From NCBI RefSeq assembly GCF_009914755.1, contig NC_060938.1: a stretch of 64,000 bases of DNA, one strand, 5' to 3'. Below are positions 15,941-35,449 of the stretch, piece after piece. The notes under the pieces are model-generated. The model worked only from the letters and a program-made list of their open reading frames with translations. It made no database searches and was not told where the DNA came from. Positions within the stretch are counted from its first letter, which is position 1. The number at the start of each line of letters is the position of its first letter. Both the position numbers and the translations under genes were made by a program. The stretch comes from the human T2T-CHM13v2.0 reference genome, Homo sapiens.

Positions 15941-16599
15941 TTTTGAGGGAGAAAGATAAAGCACTAACTAGCAATCTAAGATAAAAAATTTTTTTAAAAA
16001 AATCACTTGGAAAAGAGTAGGAATTCCTCCTTCAATTTCATTCAGTTTCCCTAGCTAGGGACTAATATCCTTAGAAAAAGTTATAAGAAATCCAGAGGTT
16101 AAAGGGGTGGGACTCCAAACAAGTAAGAGATCGCCAGTATTCATAGCAGTCCGCAGCTACAGCAATCTTAGAATCCAAATACGATTTCAGATATTTTGTC
16201 CCATCAGCTCCTAAAATACATATATTCTGGTCACACCATGTATCCTCTGTTGTTTTTGGTGCAAAAAGTAAAGTAACCATGAACTACAGATAGGGCAAAT
16301 GTCAGAATTTTTCCAGGGGACTTTATCACCTTTGCAATACAGGTAGTTTATAAATGCAATACAATATAGTTTAATTTCTATTCAATTTGCAAATTCTTTC
16401 ACATGAGTAAATCATTTAATCAAAATCCACATCCAACCCACACTCACCATGTTCTCTATCCATATTAGTATTTGGTTTGGGCCATACTGGGTCCATAATC
16501 CAGCCCTGAAAATCTATCCTGGGCCACATATATAACTCATACCAATAGCAGGGCACTCAAGGCATGAAGATTTGAGGGAACACAACCTATCCAAGAAAC

Positions 16600-17330
16600 C
16601 TCAAGGAATTCCTTATGGCTGAAGTAAGGTCTGAGGAAACCATGAGCAGGGGAATATGACTTGGAGAGAAGGTAGAGGTTAAATCCAGGAGGGCTCATAC
16701 ACCCAACAAAGGAGTTGGAAGTTTATCCTTCAGAAAACAAGGAGTCACTGAAGGGTTTTAAGTAGGCAGTGATATAATTGGATCATTCTGGCAGAGTACA
16801 GATGGATGAAAGTAACTCAAAGCTAGGAAGACTATCGGAATGACAAAGACCTGAACTAAGGCAGTCTGAGCGGGAGTGAACTGATAACACATTAGGAAGA
16901 GCTATTGACCACAGCAAATGGACAAAACTGGGTGGGAAGAGGGCAGATGTGTCTGAGAGAGACAGAAAGGATCCCAGATGACGTCTAGCTTGGCCAACTA
17001 GGTAGACGATGACAACACTCACCCTGACGGGGAATCCGGGAGGAGGCGAAGGCTTGGCAGAGGAACGTGGTGAGTTTTGAACGTGTTGAGGTCCTGGTTG
17101 GATATACAAATATGGAGCTCCAGAAAGAAGCCCAGGATGAATATGTGCATTGGGAGTAACCAACATTAATGTACGGGGATGGATGCCAAGGGTGCAGAGG
17201 AGGTCAGCCAGAGAATTGGGGGCAAAACAAGAACTGAGTCAAGGACAGAAACTCTGGGGGAAAAAAAAAATTTAAGGGCAGTCAGGGAAGAAGAGACCCC
17301 AAAAAACGTTGAGGAGTAGCCAAAGAGGTA
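16600..17330 (-). mobile_element. L2 fragment
   Basis: ggagtcactgaagggttttaagtagg...ggatatacaaatatggagctc L2-like text. Confidence 0.6.
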
Positions 17331-17591
17331 AAGACCTAGGCCTGCTTTTAAGTGACCCACTAAACTCCTCCATCTCCACAGGCTGGTCACACCATGCTGG
17401 GGCTGGGGAAGGAATAATCATGTGTTAAAATAAACTCATTTCTCAATGAAAAGACAAACAGCCCAATTTAAAAATGGGCAAATAACAAATAGACATTTCT
17501 CCACAGAAAACATACAAATGGCCAATAGACACATGAAAACATAGGAAGTATCATTCGGTCATTAGGGAAATGCAAATCAAAACCACAATGA

Positions 17592-18210
<619 letters not shown>

Positions 18211-18662
18211 TCAGATACCACTTCACACCTGGTGGGATGGCTAGAGTCACAAAGAGGTAGAGGAACTGGACCCCCCATACATCACTGATTGGAACACAAA
18301 ATGCCACAGTCACTGTGGAAAACAGCTTGGCAGTTCCTCAAAACTTCAAACACAGAGTTATTATATGACCCAGAAACTCCTCCCCTAGGTATATACCCAA
18401 AAGAATTGAAAGCATATGTCCACGCCAAGACTTGTACATGAAAGTTTGTGTTAGCATTCTTCATAACAGCCAAAAAGCAGAGATAAAGCAAATGTCCATC
18501 AACAGATGAATAGGTAAATCAAATGTGGCGTATTCATACAAGGGACTATTATTCAGCCATAAAAAGGAAGGGAGTACTGAAACATGCAACAACATGGCTG
18601 AACGCTGAAAACATTATGCTGAGTGACAGAAGCCAGATACAAAGGCCACATGTGTTATATGA

Positions 18663-19060
<398 letters not shown>

Positions 19061-20330
19061 AGGATTTCTTTTTAGGGTGATGAAAATGTTCCGGCATCAG
19101 ATGTGGATGATGGCGGATGTACTAACCACCACTGAATTACGCACTTTCAAATGGTTAGAATGGTGAATTTTATGTTGTGTGAATTTTCTCTCAACAGAAA
19201 AATTCAATCATCCTTTACAAAGTGACCCACAGCCACAAGGAGCTGGGGAAGCAGTTTCTCCAGCTTGCAGCAGGAGCTCCAGATATTCTGAGTAAAGAAG
19301 CCAAACAGCCTGCTTCCCGGGAGACCCTTAAATGTCTTCACACATCCACAGCTGGGGGAGGAGACGCTGATGAACAGGAGAAGATGGAGCATCGGCCTCC
19401 CCTGGCTACTCACTCTGTGCTCGGGCCGCCTCGCCCACTTGTAAAACCCCAAATGCCAGGGTGGCAGCAAGGCATACATGCAACTATGACTTGACCCGCA
19501 GCGAGGCAGCAACCAGGTCTCACCGGGGCATAGTTACCCCACAAGGACAGGAAAGGAGAAATGGTTTCCAGGCCCAGGACACCCAGAAGCCACCAAAAAC
19601 CAACCTCATGGTTCATCCCCCTTATTTGACTCTTCGACACCTAAAACCTGTGCGTTGTGTTCAAGATACACCCGCCGGAGACCACATTCCCAGACATCCC
19701 GAGGGCCAGCCGTCACCACACGGGTGCCTCGGGGAGATGCTGGAGACACAAGTGGCTTTGAAATTAGCACAACTTACATGGCCTCCAGGTCTGCTGTGGA
19801 AATCCAGGTCCAAAGAAGAAGCCAGTGAGGAACAGGAGGCTGATCATTGTGTTCTCAGAAGGGGTTGGAGCCTCTGGGGAGGGGGCACTGAGGACAGAGC
19901 ACGGTGTTCTGCAGATCATATCACATCTCTACTTCCCTCTCCAGTGATATGCTTCCCTCACTCTCCCATTTTGCTCCCTCTCTCCTGCCAAACTCCCAGG
20001 GCAACCCTGGATAATAAAGTGACCGAATGTGAATGCTTCCAGGTGGCACACCAGCACTCCAGAGAAACTGTCAGAGCAGGGGGCAAACCCCTGGCCTACT
20101 CCAGCCACTGGATAAGCGCACCCTCCTCCATGCCTCCCTGCTCCTGCCTGCCCTGAAGGGAGAAGGAGCGCAATGAAACTAGGTCTTCCCTTGGGGTTCT
20201 GACCACCTCGTGGGGAGATTATGATTGCCCTGTGGTTGCCATGCCTACTGTGATGTCACTCCTTTTATCAGTCTATCTGGATGAATTTTTCCCCCTTTTC
20301 TCTGAAGGAAACCTCCTACCCAGTGCTTAG

Positions 20331-20880
<550 letters not shown>

Positions 20881-21148
20881 TAAAATAAGTGCAAAGAAGA
20901 ATGAGGGTGTGGGAAAGGTTTACTGATCCCACACTTTGTCATGCACAGAGGAAGGCAAAGAAAGAAAGAAAACTCTTTCCTAAATGATCACTTGTCTCCA
21001 GCAGGTGTATCTTGACCATTCCAGCCATGGATCTATAGGGAGTTTCATGCCAATGAAAAGCATTTTTTTGGGGTCCTACTATGCATCAGGCACTGTGGCA
21101 GGTACTGGAGACTTAGTCCCAGCCCTTAAAGAACTAATAATAGGATCA

Positions 21149-21519
<371 letters not shown>

Positions 21520-21905
21520 CTAGAAAGATAAGCTGAGAGACCAGACAGTTCGTCTGCGGCCTTCATGAAGTGAAAGGAGGCAGAGAAGAAAGGAGTTGGC
21601 CATGGACAGGTTTTGCCCCAGATCCTTGAGTGAAGACCCCAGCCTGCTGCAAGCTTTTTCCTCATTCTGTCCTCCCCTCCTGGAATCTGTGGCAGCTTCC
21701 ACAGGCGGTGAAAGAAGGCAGCAAGCAGTGGCTCCAGTGCCAGCTGCAGCAACCACACCAGGGGAATGGGGCCATCTGACACAGAGAGGGTGTGAGGGCC
21801 AGGGAGACTGTCCCTGTAGCCAGCTAACCCCTCCAGTCAAGTCGACTTTCACAAAATGGGCCTGCTCCTGGAAGTCATTGATGCCATTGTTAAAACACAG
21901 CACCA

Positions 21906-22194
21906 GGCCGGGCACGGTGGCTCACGCCTGTAATTCCAGCACTCTGGGAGGCCGAGACGGGCAGATCACTTGAGGTCAGGAGTTCGAGACCAGCCTGGCC
22001 AACATGGTGAAACTTTGTCTCTACTAAAAATACAAAAATTAGCTGGGCGTGGTGGTGCACACCTGTAATCTCAGCTGTTCAGAAGGCTGAGGCAGGAGAA
22101 TCACTTAAACCCAGGAGGCGGAGGTTGCCATGAGTCGAGATCGAGCCACTGCACTCCTGCCTGGGCAACAGAGTGAGACCCTGTCTCCAAAAAA
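21906..22194 (+). mobile_element. AluS
   Basis: TSD-like aaaac(ac)agcacc. Confidence 0.95.
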
Positions 22195-22249
22195 CAGCAC
22201 CCTGGAGAAGACAGCAGTCCATTCACACTGGAAACATCCAGACTTATTA

Positions 22250-22902
<653 letters not shown>

Positions 22903-25485
22903 ATATATATTCTTTTAATGGCAAGCGGGAACAAAATCGTATTCCCATTTTCTGAATGAGAAAACCAAGCCTAAAAGAGGGACTCCCAAGTAATATCAAC
23001 TTGCAAACCTATGAATTTTTATCTTAAATACTGGCTTTGAGGGACCTTTGGCAACAGCAAAGGCATTCGGCAATTTGTGTGGAAGTCACATTACCAGCCC
23101 ACCGAATAAGCCACAACTATGAGTTCTTCCGTGATTAGCGGGGCTGGGGATGTGGCAGGCAGGCGTGGAAGTGAGATCCACGTGAAAGACCTAAGCACTG
23201 ACTCCCCGAGGGACTGGCGAAATGACGCAGGGGCCAGATAGATGTCAGATTTGGCCAAAGTGTCCTCCTTTCTCACAAGCCCGTCTGCCTTTCACCTGTC
23301 CTGAGGTAGGACAACCGGATGCCCTACTTTGCTGTGCAGCCCCACTCTCTTGGGGACAGTAGCCCAAACAGGCTGCTCTTGCTACACACAGATAAGAAGC
23401 TTTGCCACCCAAAACCAAGAAAGGGGCCGGTGAGGACACACAGGGAATGCTCACTCAGTGGTGGCTGAGTTTGTGGAAGTAGCAAAACCTGCACTGTAGG
23501 ACCCACACCTGTGAGAGAGGGCCCCACGGGAATCTCAGCTTGGATCAAAGCAGGCGGGTGCTCACTCCACTGAGGGCAGCAGAGCCCAGCTCCAGGTGCG
23601 ATCAGGAAGTGACCTGAGAAGCTGGAGTTCTGGACTCACAGACCCAGGCTTGAATTTCAGCACCACTCAGTCACTGTGTGGTCTTGAGTGACTTGCCCTT
23701 GTTTTTCCTCATCCATAAAATAGGGATAAAAATACCTGACCTTGAAAAATTATACGAATGCCAGCACACAGTACATACGCACAGCAGAGACAGGAGCTAG
23801 AATTATTGATTTGCCAAATGCAGCAGTGTCTGGACTCAGCCGCCCACTTCTGACCAATGGCCTTCACTTGTAACACAGCTGATCTGGAGGGTAAAGCCTG
23901 CAGCCGTGGAACCAAGCTCTCGCCAAGGTAACTGACCCATGTGGGGCTCAGAGCCTTGTTCTTACTAGAACCACTCTAGTTTGTTTGATTTTTTTTATTT
24001 ATTTATACACATAATTCTGTGCATTCCTTTATGCATATGTATACATATATATGCATATGTATAATTTATTCAAATAGCATCATATCACTGATACTATTCT
24101 CCTACGCCCTACCCTCCCACATGGCTACTCACAGCCCCTGCCTTTCCAGGCGGCCCGTGTTAACATCTTAGTTTGTATCCTTCCACAATTCTCCCCATAT
24201 TCATGTAATTTTACACACACACACACTGAATAGTGAAGTTTTGGACAGTGTGGGGGCGTTATTGTTTAACAAAAATGGAATTATACATCATACACAGTCT
24301 CTCCCTCTTTTTTTATTCTACCATAATTTGCCAAAATCCTTTTAATGGTTCTGTTATAATTCATGATATAAAGGTGTCAAAGCTATTCAGCCATTCCTCT
24401 ACTGATGGGAATTCACTCAGTTTCAACTTTTGGCCACTACCAACAAAAAAGCAATAAATTCCTTGACAGTATGTCCTAACCAAAGACCATTTTCCAACCA
24501 GACAAAAGGCCAGGTCCCAGGATGTGAGGGTCACCCATGAAAAGGACCTCATGATGAACTCCTGATTCAGCCACATCATCCTTAAAATTCTCCTTAGAAG
24601 AGAGACCCTCTGCTCCTAGAAATACAAATTCCCAGGCATGGGTCTGGCTTCCAAACTCTAGCTCCTCCAGTTCTTACTGCATCAAGTCAATTCTGCAGGT
24701 CTTCATTTTCCCATCTGTAAAATAAAATCATAACTGCCTTAGGCGGCAGGATTTGAGAGTGCTTTAGCAAGGGATTTTTATGAGGGAGCAGTGTGTGAAA
24801 TAATATTTTTGCTGTAATTCTGTGAGATGTTGTTTCTAGCTTGTTGTTTGGGGGTCAGGGAAGGGAGGGCAAAACAGAACTAACAGATTCAATTAAGTTC
24901 CCTCTGAGACTCAAGGTCCCTATTTATAAGGTACCTGGGGCTGGATGGGAAGGCACTTCTATCTTCTGCATTTCTGAAACACCTGGTACTGTGGTTGTTT
25001 ACAAGGAAAACTTAGGAACTGGACAGGGGAGCTTTGGAGTGTCTACTTGCCCAGTTTTGTCAGATTCCAAAGAGGGGCAACTATAATTGAAATTATAAGA
25101 AGAATGGTCCAATCAGCAAATTTTGGAAAATCTGTAATCTCACTGGTGTTTGATTTTCACTCAAAAATTCCCTAAGCTCTACATTTCATTCAGTAAAAAG
25201 TTGGGGTTAGGGGAGAGATGGAGAACTTCTTTTGCAGGGGTATAGTGATTTATTTGGTCTATTCTTGAAAAAAAATGAGAAATTTTGGGAAAACAATCTT
25301 AAAATTTCCATTTCGAGTAGCAGTTCTAAAAGACTTTCAAGAGCCTCTCTGAAAAGAAGCAGTTACAGCAACTTGAATGAATTTACCTGGTTATCATATG
25401 GCTCACATGCATGAGAGTGGGGGAGAAGACACGGTAAAATCAACAGAGTTCGTGTCATGATATTCTGCTTTAAAACCCAAATCAA

Positions 25486-25790
25486 GGCCAGGCACAGTGG
25501 CTTATGCCTATAATCCCAGCACTTTGGGAGGCCAAGATAGGATGACTGCTTGAGGCTGGGAGTTTGAGACCAGCCTGGAAAATATCATGAGACTCCTCTC
25601 TCTACAAAAGAAATTTTTTTGTAATTAGCTGGGTGTGGTGGTACACCTGTAATCCTAGCTATTCAGGAGGCTGAGGTAGGAGGATCGCTTGAGCCCAGGA
25701 GGTCAAGCCTGCAAGGAGCTATGATTATACCACTGCACTCCAGCCTGGATGACAGAGTGAGACCCTGTCTCTAAGAAAAAAAAAAAAAAA
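25486..25790 (+). mobile_element. AluJ
   Basis: Diverged dimeric Alu with polyA. Confidence 0.9.
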
Positions 25791-25839
25791 ACCTCAAAAC
25801 CTGACTATAGAAGAATTTTCTTCATCAAAATCGAATCAA

Positions 25840-26400
25840 GCAGATAATTGGCACCCCTTTGGAAAAGGATTCAGCAGCCTCTACTGAACATACGCCTGCC
25901 CCATGACCCAGTAACTCCCCTGCAAGGTGTATATACTTAAGGTCTCCAAAAGACAAGTACCAGCATGTTCCCAGCACCACTACTCATGGAAGACCCAGAC
26001 CAAAAACTACCACATGCTCATCAAAAGTAAAATGGGAAAATAAATCATGGTGAATTTACATAACAGAGCACTATATAGCGATGAGAATGAATGATCTACA
26101 ACCACAGCCAACGCTGGGTGAATCTCACAAACGCAATGTTAAAGGGGAAATCCAGCTAGTAAAGTGAACGTGCTAGAAGATTCCGTTCGATGGGGTTAGA
26201 CTCAGAATAGTCACCCTTGGTGGGATGGGGTAGGGAGCGTTGGGGTGCCTGGAAGGGGCACGGCTAGGCTTCTGTGATGTTTCTTCATCTGGGGGTTTGT
26301 GACACAAGCATGCTCAACTTGTGAATTTTGGGTGGTGAACATATGTGCACTTTTTGGTATGTATGTTATACTTCAGTTTTTAAAACTTAAGAAATTAGCC
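25840..26400 (+). mobile_element. L1ME-type 3'UTR fragment
   Basis: ccatgacccagtaactcc...gggtgaatctcacaaac...tatgtgcactttttggtatgtatgttatacttca. Confidence 0.7.
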
Positions 26401-26426
26401 AATGAACAAAAATAAACATGATTGTG

Positions 26427-26730
26427 AGCTGGGCATGGTGGCTCACACTGGTAATCCCAGCACTTTGGGAGGCCGAGGCAGGCGGATCACGAGGTCAGGA
26501 GTTTAAGACCAGCCTGGCCAACATGGCGAAACCCTGTCTCTACTAAAAATATAAAAAATTAGCCAGGCGTGGTGGCAGACGCTTGTTATCCCAGCTACTC
26601 AGGAGGCTGAGGCAAGAGAATCACTTGAACCCAGGAGGCAGAGGTTGCAGTGAGCCGAGATCATACCACTGCACTCCAACCCGGGTGACAGTGTGAGACT
26701 CCATCTCAAAAAAATAAATAAATAAATAAA
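26427..26730 (+). mobile_element. AluSg-like
   Basis: TSD aaacatgatt. Confidence 0.95.
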
Positions 26731-27227
26731 CATGATTAAGGATAAAGCAATCCAGTGGACAAGGCTCTTGGAGCCATATTTTATTTGGCATGTATCATTC
26801 CGGGGAGCTCTCCTCTGTCAATGCCAAGACTAGCTAGTCGAGTGTGGAGAAAAGGCATTCTGTGAGAACAGATGAAAGGGAACAGAGAAACTGGCACTTT
26901 CTTTGGAAAAGAGTTGTTTCCAAAACCTAGATGTGCAGCCTCTACCCCAGGTAATTAGTCCAACACACTATCCATTACAGCTGAGTCCGGGTTTGCTTCA
27001 AAAGCATCGGGGGTTTTTTGGGTTTTGCTTCCCTTAAAAAAAAACTTGTTTTGAATGAGGGGAAAAAGGCGTAGTTAATTTTTATACAGAAATCTGTTAA
27101 AGAGATCTGATCAATGGTGACAAAATGGAAGCCAGAGATGGAAAAGATTCACTGTGAGGCTCTGGCACTGAAGGCCAACTTGGGCTTCCATTCAGTTCAA
27201 TAATAATATTTATCATAGCTGCTAACA

Positions 27228-27526
<299 letters not shown>

Positions 27527-28524
27527 AATAGCTGCTAAGACTTACGCAGGTTTACATATGCTAGGCATTGCTCTCTGAGCTTATATATATTAACTCATTC
27601 CATCTCTATCTATGAGGTTGGGATTGATATAATCCCCACTTTACACCCAGAGAGGGTAATAACTTGCCCAAAGTCACACAGCTAATAAGTGACAAAGCTA
27701 GGCAGTTTGGCTAGAGTCTGTGCTCTTAACAATTATACCATATTGTTTCCTAGTAAGCATTTCTTATGCCCGTACTATGTGCTGGGCACCATGCTGGACA
27801 AAAGGAGTACTGAGATATATAAAACACGGGTACACACATAACAGGTTCTAGTCCATGCAATGATGAGAATCATACAGGCATTCTGAGGTCTAATTTCAGA
27901 ACAAAACGTTAGAAAACTGCCTCCACACATCTGGACATTAAGACTAAAATGCAGTGCCTGTTTTCTCATTGGTATTATTCTATTCAATAGAGTCAATTTT
28001 AAGACTAAGCATTCCTTGACACCCCACCCATCCTTGGGTCATGAAACTCAATAAAGCTCTCTTCATTTTGATTGGAGGGGGGAAAATTCCCCGTAAATAT
28101 GTTTGCTTCTTTTTCCTGAATCACCCTCTTGTGTGAAAAGGATTGCTTACCACTGATCTAACAGGGTCTTGAATACAGGGTCCCTCAGAGGGTACAAGAA
28201 GCCCAGGTGTTCAGGTTATTAAAAAATGAAGAAATGCAAAGCAGGATTACAACATTTTTGGCACATTATAGATCCTCACACAACAAATTTACATTTTCAC
28301 ACACACTCACGCACAAACACACATACAAAGTCAAATACACAATGTAAAATAATTATGATCACAAGAGGATGATAGGCTCTACATTTTTAAATATTGACTC
28401 AGAATGCCCTGGGAATGACGTGGTCAAGGCACAGACTGTGCATTTGACACTTTGTGATGAACATCTTGGTGCACATATAATCTAGTGCACAGATAATGTC
28501 AAAGTCTCATTAGAATCCTCCATG

Positions 28525-28795
28525 GAACCAGGTATGGTGGCTCATACCTGTAAATCCCAGTAGTTTGGGAGGTCAAGGCCAGACGATCACAACCAGGAGT
28601 TCAAGACCAGCCTGGGCAACATAGTGAGTCCCTGACTCTACAACAAATTTAAAAATTAGCCAGGCGTGGTGGCACCCGTCTGTAGTTTCAGCTACTTGAG
28701 GATCACTTGAGCCCAGGAATTGGAGGCTGCAGTGAGCTATAATCGTGCCACTGCACTCCAGCCTGGGTGACAGAGAAAGACCTTGTCTCTAAAAA
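28525..28795 (+). mobile_element. AluJ with deletions
   Basis: TSD agaa(t/g)cctcca. Confidence 0.85.
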
Positions 28796-29740
28796 GAAGC
28801 CTCCAGGAATGGGAAACCCAAGTTAAATCAGCTCCCACTCCACCCTAACTCCCTTCCTAAGCCTTCCTTAAGGGAAAAAGAACAAAATACTGAGCCCAGT
28901 AGTAAGGAAAGAACAGTGAAAGCCCCAGTTAGGAAACCATGAAAGAGAAGAAATGAGGTACACAGGGAGAAAACGTGGATGAAAACCCTAGACTATGGCC
29001 ACCAACAGACCCAAGCTAGCCAGGTGTAGACCTCTGTGACACCTAGAGGTCAAGTCCAAGAGGTCAGCTGAAGTTACGAAAGGCAGGCAGGAACTCAATC
29101 AGCTACCTACTTGTCCACGAGCTAGCCCTCCCCAGGCCTGGCATCTATGCTTACCTCCTGGCCCACTCCTGCTGGCCTCTCCACAGGCACAGGTGAGGCC
29201 CTAAACACCAGGAATCTTCTAATGTGTGCTGCCTTCTCCCACGTCTGTCCCATTTCCTAGGAGTTAATCATGGTGCCCATTGCAACATGGCACCCAATGC
29301 CACTTTCCAGAGTAGTGTGACGTCCAATTCCAAGACCTGGAGGATAAAAGGTATTAAAGCTCCTGGGACCACAGAAGAGACAGGGCAGAAAGCTGGTGGA
29401 AAACCATCTCCAACATCTGTTTCTTTTTCTGTTAAAATCTATCCACTGTGTGAATTGCCAAGGAAAGTTAAGATTCCTGTTCTGAAACGAGAAGGGTTCT
29501 CTTTTCACATGACACCTGCAGAAGATGGGAAACATGATACCCCCTGCAGATCAGAGGACACCGGCTCCCTGTAAGAGGATACCCCAACCCTTGTCAGTGC
29601 AGCACCCGGCAGGGCGATTTTTACATTTTTCTCCTCTTGCTGAAGGGCCTCCAGAAAGGCCACCAGGGCTTTCCCCAAGAGTAAAATTCTCCCCAGCTCC
29701 CTAGGAGGTCTCACTGCCCACCACCCCTTTATTTAGCTAA

Positions 29741-30410
<670 letters not shown>

Positions 30411-30655
30411 AGTAGCAGAGTTTTTAAATAACTTCCAGAGCCCTTTACTGGAGACACACCCAAGAAGATGGGCTCTTATTCTTCCCACAGAGGACTATAG
30501 ACCATCAACTAAATTCACTGGCTCCTACTCAAGCTATAGAAAGCTGAGGAGGACCTTGGAACATCCTCTCTAAATTCCTCCCCTAGTTCCAGTCCAGGTA
30601 AACAAAAATTGATTCTATTTTTTCAAAACACCAGCCCCTTCAGATGGCCTGGTTA

Positions 30656-30706
30656 ATCTTCATTAACATGTTATCTTCATTAACATGTTTATCTTCATTA
30701 ACATAT
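30656..30706 (+). repeat. Tandem repeat, three copies of a 17-18 bp unit
   Basis: atcttcattaacatgtt(t) x3. Confidence 0.9.
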
Positions 30707-31141
30707 TTCTCAGTGATAAGAAGGGCCCAGGGTTCAACATCCCACTTTGCATCCATGCAGACAAGGGCTGTGGGAAGCTGTAAAACTGAAGAGGCGGTGA
30801 ATCCAGGAGGGATTCCCCAGATATCCGTGAGTTGGTGTTTGACTTTCTTGAACACGTCTTTCCTTTACTTTACACTTACACTTACTGAGCATTCACTCTG
30901 GACCAGACCGCGTCCTAAGAGCTTCACGTGTGTGGTCATTCAATCCTCAAACCAATCCTATGGGGTAGGTACTGGAGTTAAGTGATGGCGCTGGGATTTT
31001 AACCCAGAAGTCTGATTGCAAAGCCCAACTTACCATGAGGGCCACGACATATGTCTCTACTTACGGATTCCACCAGTACTCTTGACAGGAGCATTTACCT
31101 CACTATATTATAAGCCTTGATCTACTTTTCTATCTCCCTGA

Positions 31142-32210
<1,069 letters not shown>

Positions 32211-32579
32211 GATTCAGCACCTGAAGTCCCACAGCTTGTCTTATTCTATTCAACATCTCCAGAACCCTTTCTTAGGGCTTGGAACATAGTAGTTGCTCAG
32301 TAAATATTTGTTAGCTGAATGAAAACACCATTATGTAAAGCAGGTAGTACCAGGGCTAAACAAACTGATTTACTCAAGCTGTGCAGGTGTCCCGTATCCA
32401 GGTGACTACAATGTTTCCTGCTTTCCTGGAAAACAGGAGTTCAGGACAGAGAGAGTAGGTTTAGGAAAGCATTTGCAATAGGAAAGGGGTAAGCTTTCAC
32501 TGCATCTGTTGTTGGCTCTCTGCTGAGACAACAGATTTTGGGCTTAATCAAAAGTTAGCTGAGGTTACTTCTTGTCTGA

Positions 32580-32830
32580 TAAAAATAATGGGCTCCATTT
32601 GAGCACTTACTGTGTGCCAGGTTCTGTACTAAGCGCTTCACATACATTATGGCATTCATTTTCATTCAATTCTCACAATAACCCTACAAGGTAGAAAATA
32701 TTAATATCTCCAGATGAACAAACCAGGCCCCCAAAAAAGTTAAATAACTTGCCCTAGCTGCATGGCTCGTTAGTGACAAAAGTAAAATTCAAACCCAAGT
32801 TGTTTGAGCCTAAACTTACTCTCTTCATAA
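32580..32830. mobile_element. MIR
   Basis: gagcacttactgtgtgccagg...tctcacaataaccctacaaggtag...aataacttgccc. Confidence 0.75.
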
Positions 32831-33514
32831 CCAATCTGCCACTCTGCTTCTCTTCCTGTGTGACAAGCCAATATTCCCCACTATGGTTATAAGTTTCAAG
32901 GGCTGGACCACGTTTTGTGCTTATCTCAATAGACGCCACAGGCACGGAGCTTCCACTGGTGGCTGTGACACTTCTTCTCTGTGCATGATTGGTGAGGGGT
33001 TGCACACACCCACCAGGAGACATGACGGCAGAGGGCAAACACTCTGAGACCCAGGGTCCACCCAGCTCTCTTTTGCCCTCTCCTCTCCCTGGGCTGCCCC
33101 AGCTGCCTCCTTGACCTCTGCACTCTTCTGCCCACGCTGCTGCCGCCCACATCTTGGACAGCATCCCCCGGGGCCGCCTTCCTGCCTGTCTTTGTGTACA
33201 ATTCCTGCCAGGCCCGGCAGTTCTCCTAGCTAAAGCCGGCAAGGTCCAGACCTGCCCGTCTGGCCTGGTAATGGTGTGGTCCACATTTCACCTCCCACCT
33301 TCACCCTAACTTCATCCTCATGGCCATTCTTTATCCACAACAACTCCTTCCTCCCCATTCCCTAGACTCAGCAAAGCAGTCAGGAGCTAGGCAAGGTGGC
33401 CTTTATCCCAGAGGTTGGGATAAACCTAGGGCTCATAAATCTAGGGCTGTGAGCCAAATACGGCCCCTGGGATTGCTTTCTGGTTGTGCACTATGCTTTT
33501 TGAAAACTGAGTTA

Positions 33515-33842
<328 letters not shown>

Positions 33843-34477
33843 TCATATAAAAATGCAAATTTCAAACTTCTCTCAGAAAATCAGGAGCCGTGACAACACT
33901 GGGCTCACCTCCCCATGTGGCAAATGGCTTGGGTTGAATGTGAACATCCTCCCTGGAAGGGCATAAACTTCCCAGTTGACCACAGTACAGTCCCCCAACC
34001 CCCACCTCCCACCAACTCCCTATTCTTCGTCTCCTACAGGTTTACATGGCCTGACTAGCCCCCAGAGGCATTGGAGTTTGACACGCCCACAGCAGTGCCT
34101 CCATTTTGCCGATGAGCAAACTGAGAAAAGGCAAAGAGAAATTAGTCCCCCAGATCTCCAAGTGAGTTCATCAGCAAATCCAGGGCTGGCAATCATTAGA
34201 CAATATTTATCCAGCTCCCAGATGTCCCCGCCCCTGCTCTGTTCAGTCACTGCACTCATCCATGTGGCTGCCCCAATGCCTTGGGCATGCCAGAGAGACA
34301 CCTCATTCTTTCAACACACAGGTCACAAACATCTTTTGTGCCATGACAATCTGATTCTCCTCACGTCACCCCAAGATTAACTCTTTTCAAATCTGTGGTT
34401 CAGATTATACACCCTGAAGCTGCTGAGGGGTGACCTCTCAATAAGGCTAATCTCCCCTGGACCTAAATACTGGTGGG

Positions 34478-34529
34478 GCGTGTGTGCATGTGTGCATGTG
34501 TGTGTGTGTGCGCGCGCGCATGTGTGTAC
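34478..34529. repeat. Alternating purine-pyrimidine tract (TG)n/(CG)n
   Basis: 52 bp of unbroken RY alternation including gcgcgcgcgc. Confidence 0.9.
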
Positions 34530-35449
34530 CCATGTGAACTCGCTCATGCATGTGCTTCTAGATTAACACTCTTTCTTCTCATTAACTTCCCAGACAGGTG
34601 AGAAGTCAACATTTGCCCCAGTTAGAGAACCAGAAAGTATCAGTCCCACTGCCCCATCTAAAGGGGCAGCAGCTGCTGATGGTTGCCATAGTGGAATGAA
34701 GATTCAGGGTTGCCAGATCTTTCAACTTTTCAAGAAGCCAGGAATATAACTTAGAAGAGGGGAGCAATGGTCTCTAAAGACCTGTGCTGAGAAACAAGTT
34801 CCTAAGTGCTTGGGAGAATTTATGAGGACCAGGTGCTAGAGAATGCCGGGAAATGAACGCTCCCCTTTGAACGTCCCATTGGTGAGGTCAGAACTATGTC
34901 CTCAATCCCTCATCAGCCTATCCCAGGACTCTGAAGAGGACCCCAGGGTGCTTGGCTGGCTTTGCCTTCCAGCCTAAGAATGTCTTTGACTAATATTTTT
35001 CTTAATCCCTGTTTGCTCTGTCCTCAAAACAAGCCTTTTTCTCTTTTTCTTATCCATCTTCTCCATAGAGCCCTCAGGTTCTTAACTCACACGGCACTAT
35101 CTGGATCTTTCCAGTAAGTAGGTTGCCGTTTCCATTTCTTTGATTAAACAACTCTAACAAAGAATTCATTGAGATGAAAATGCTTATCATGAAGCAGGTA
35201 ACATCCTTTTCCTCCCCAAACCACAAGCAATTAACATATAAATGGCCTGGCAAAGGGACTTCTTTGAGAGGTGGCAGATTATAACTACTCTTGCTCCTAC
35301 ACGGATAAAGCTTTTTTTTAAAGACAGGAAAGAACAATTTACAAATGAGAAAATGTCACAGATGGCCACAAACTAACTTCCCGAGGGATGAGTATTTTGA
35401 TGCAGATACTTCTTCAAGTGAAAAATGTACAATGTACAAAATGTCCACT

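Noticed and set aside
19461-20156. 231-aa ORF in unique GC-rich DNA
   Set aside because: Non-ATG start, no recognisable domain, no clear exon boundaries; long ORFs are expected in GC-rich DNA
30656-30706. Short direct repeats as a CRISPR-like array
   Set aside because: Adjacent tandem units without spacers, in a eukaryotic context
32754-33284. 176-aa minus-strand ORF
   Set aside because: No recognisable homology, and it runs into a MIR
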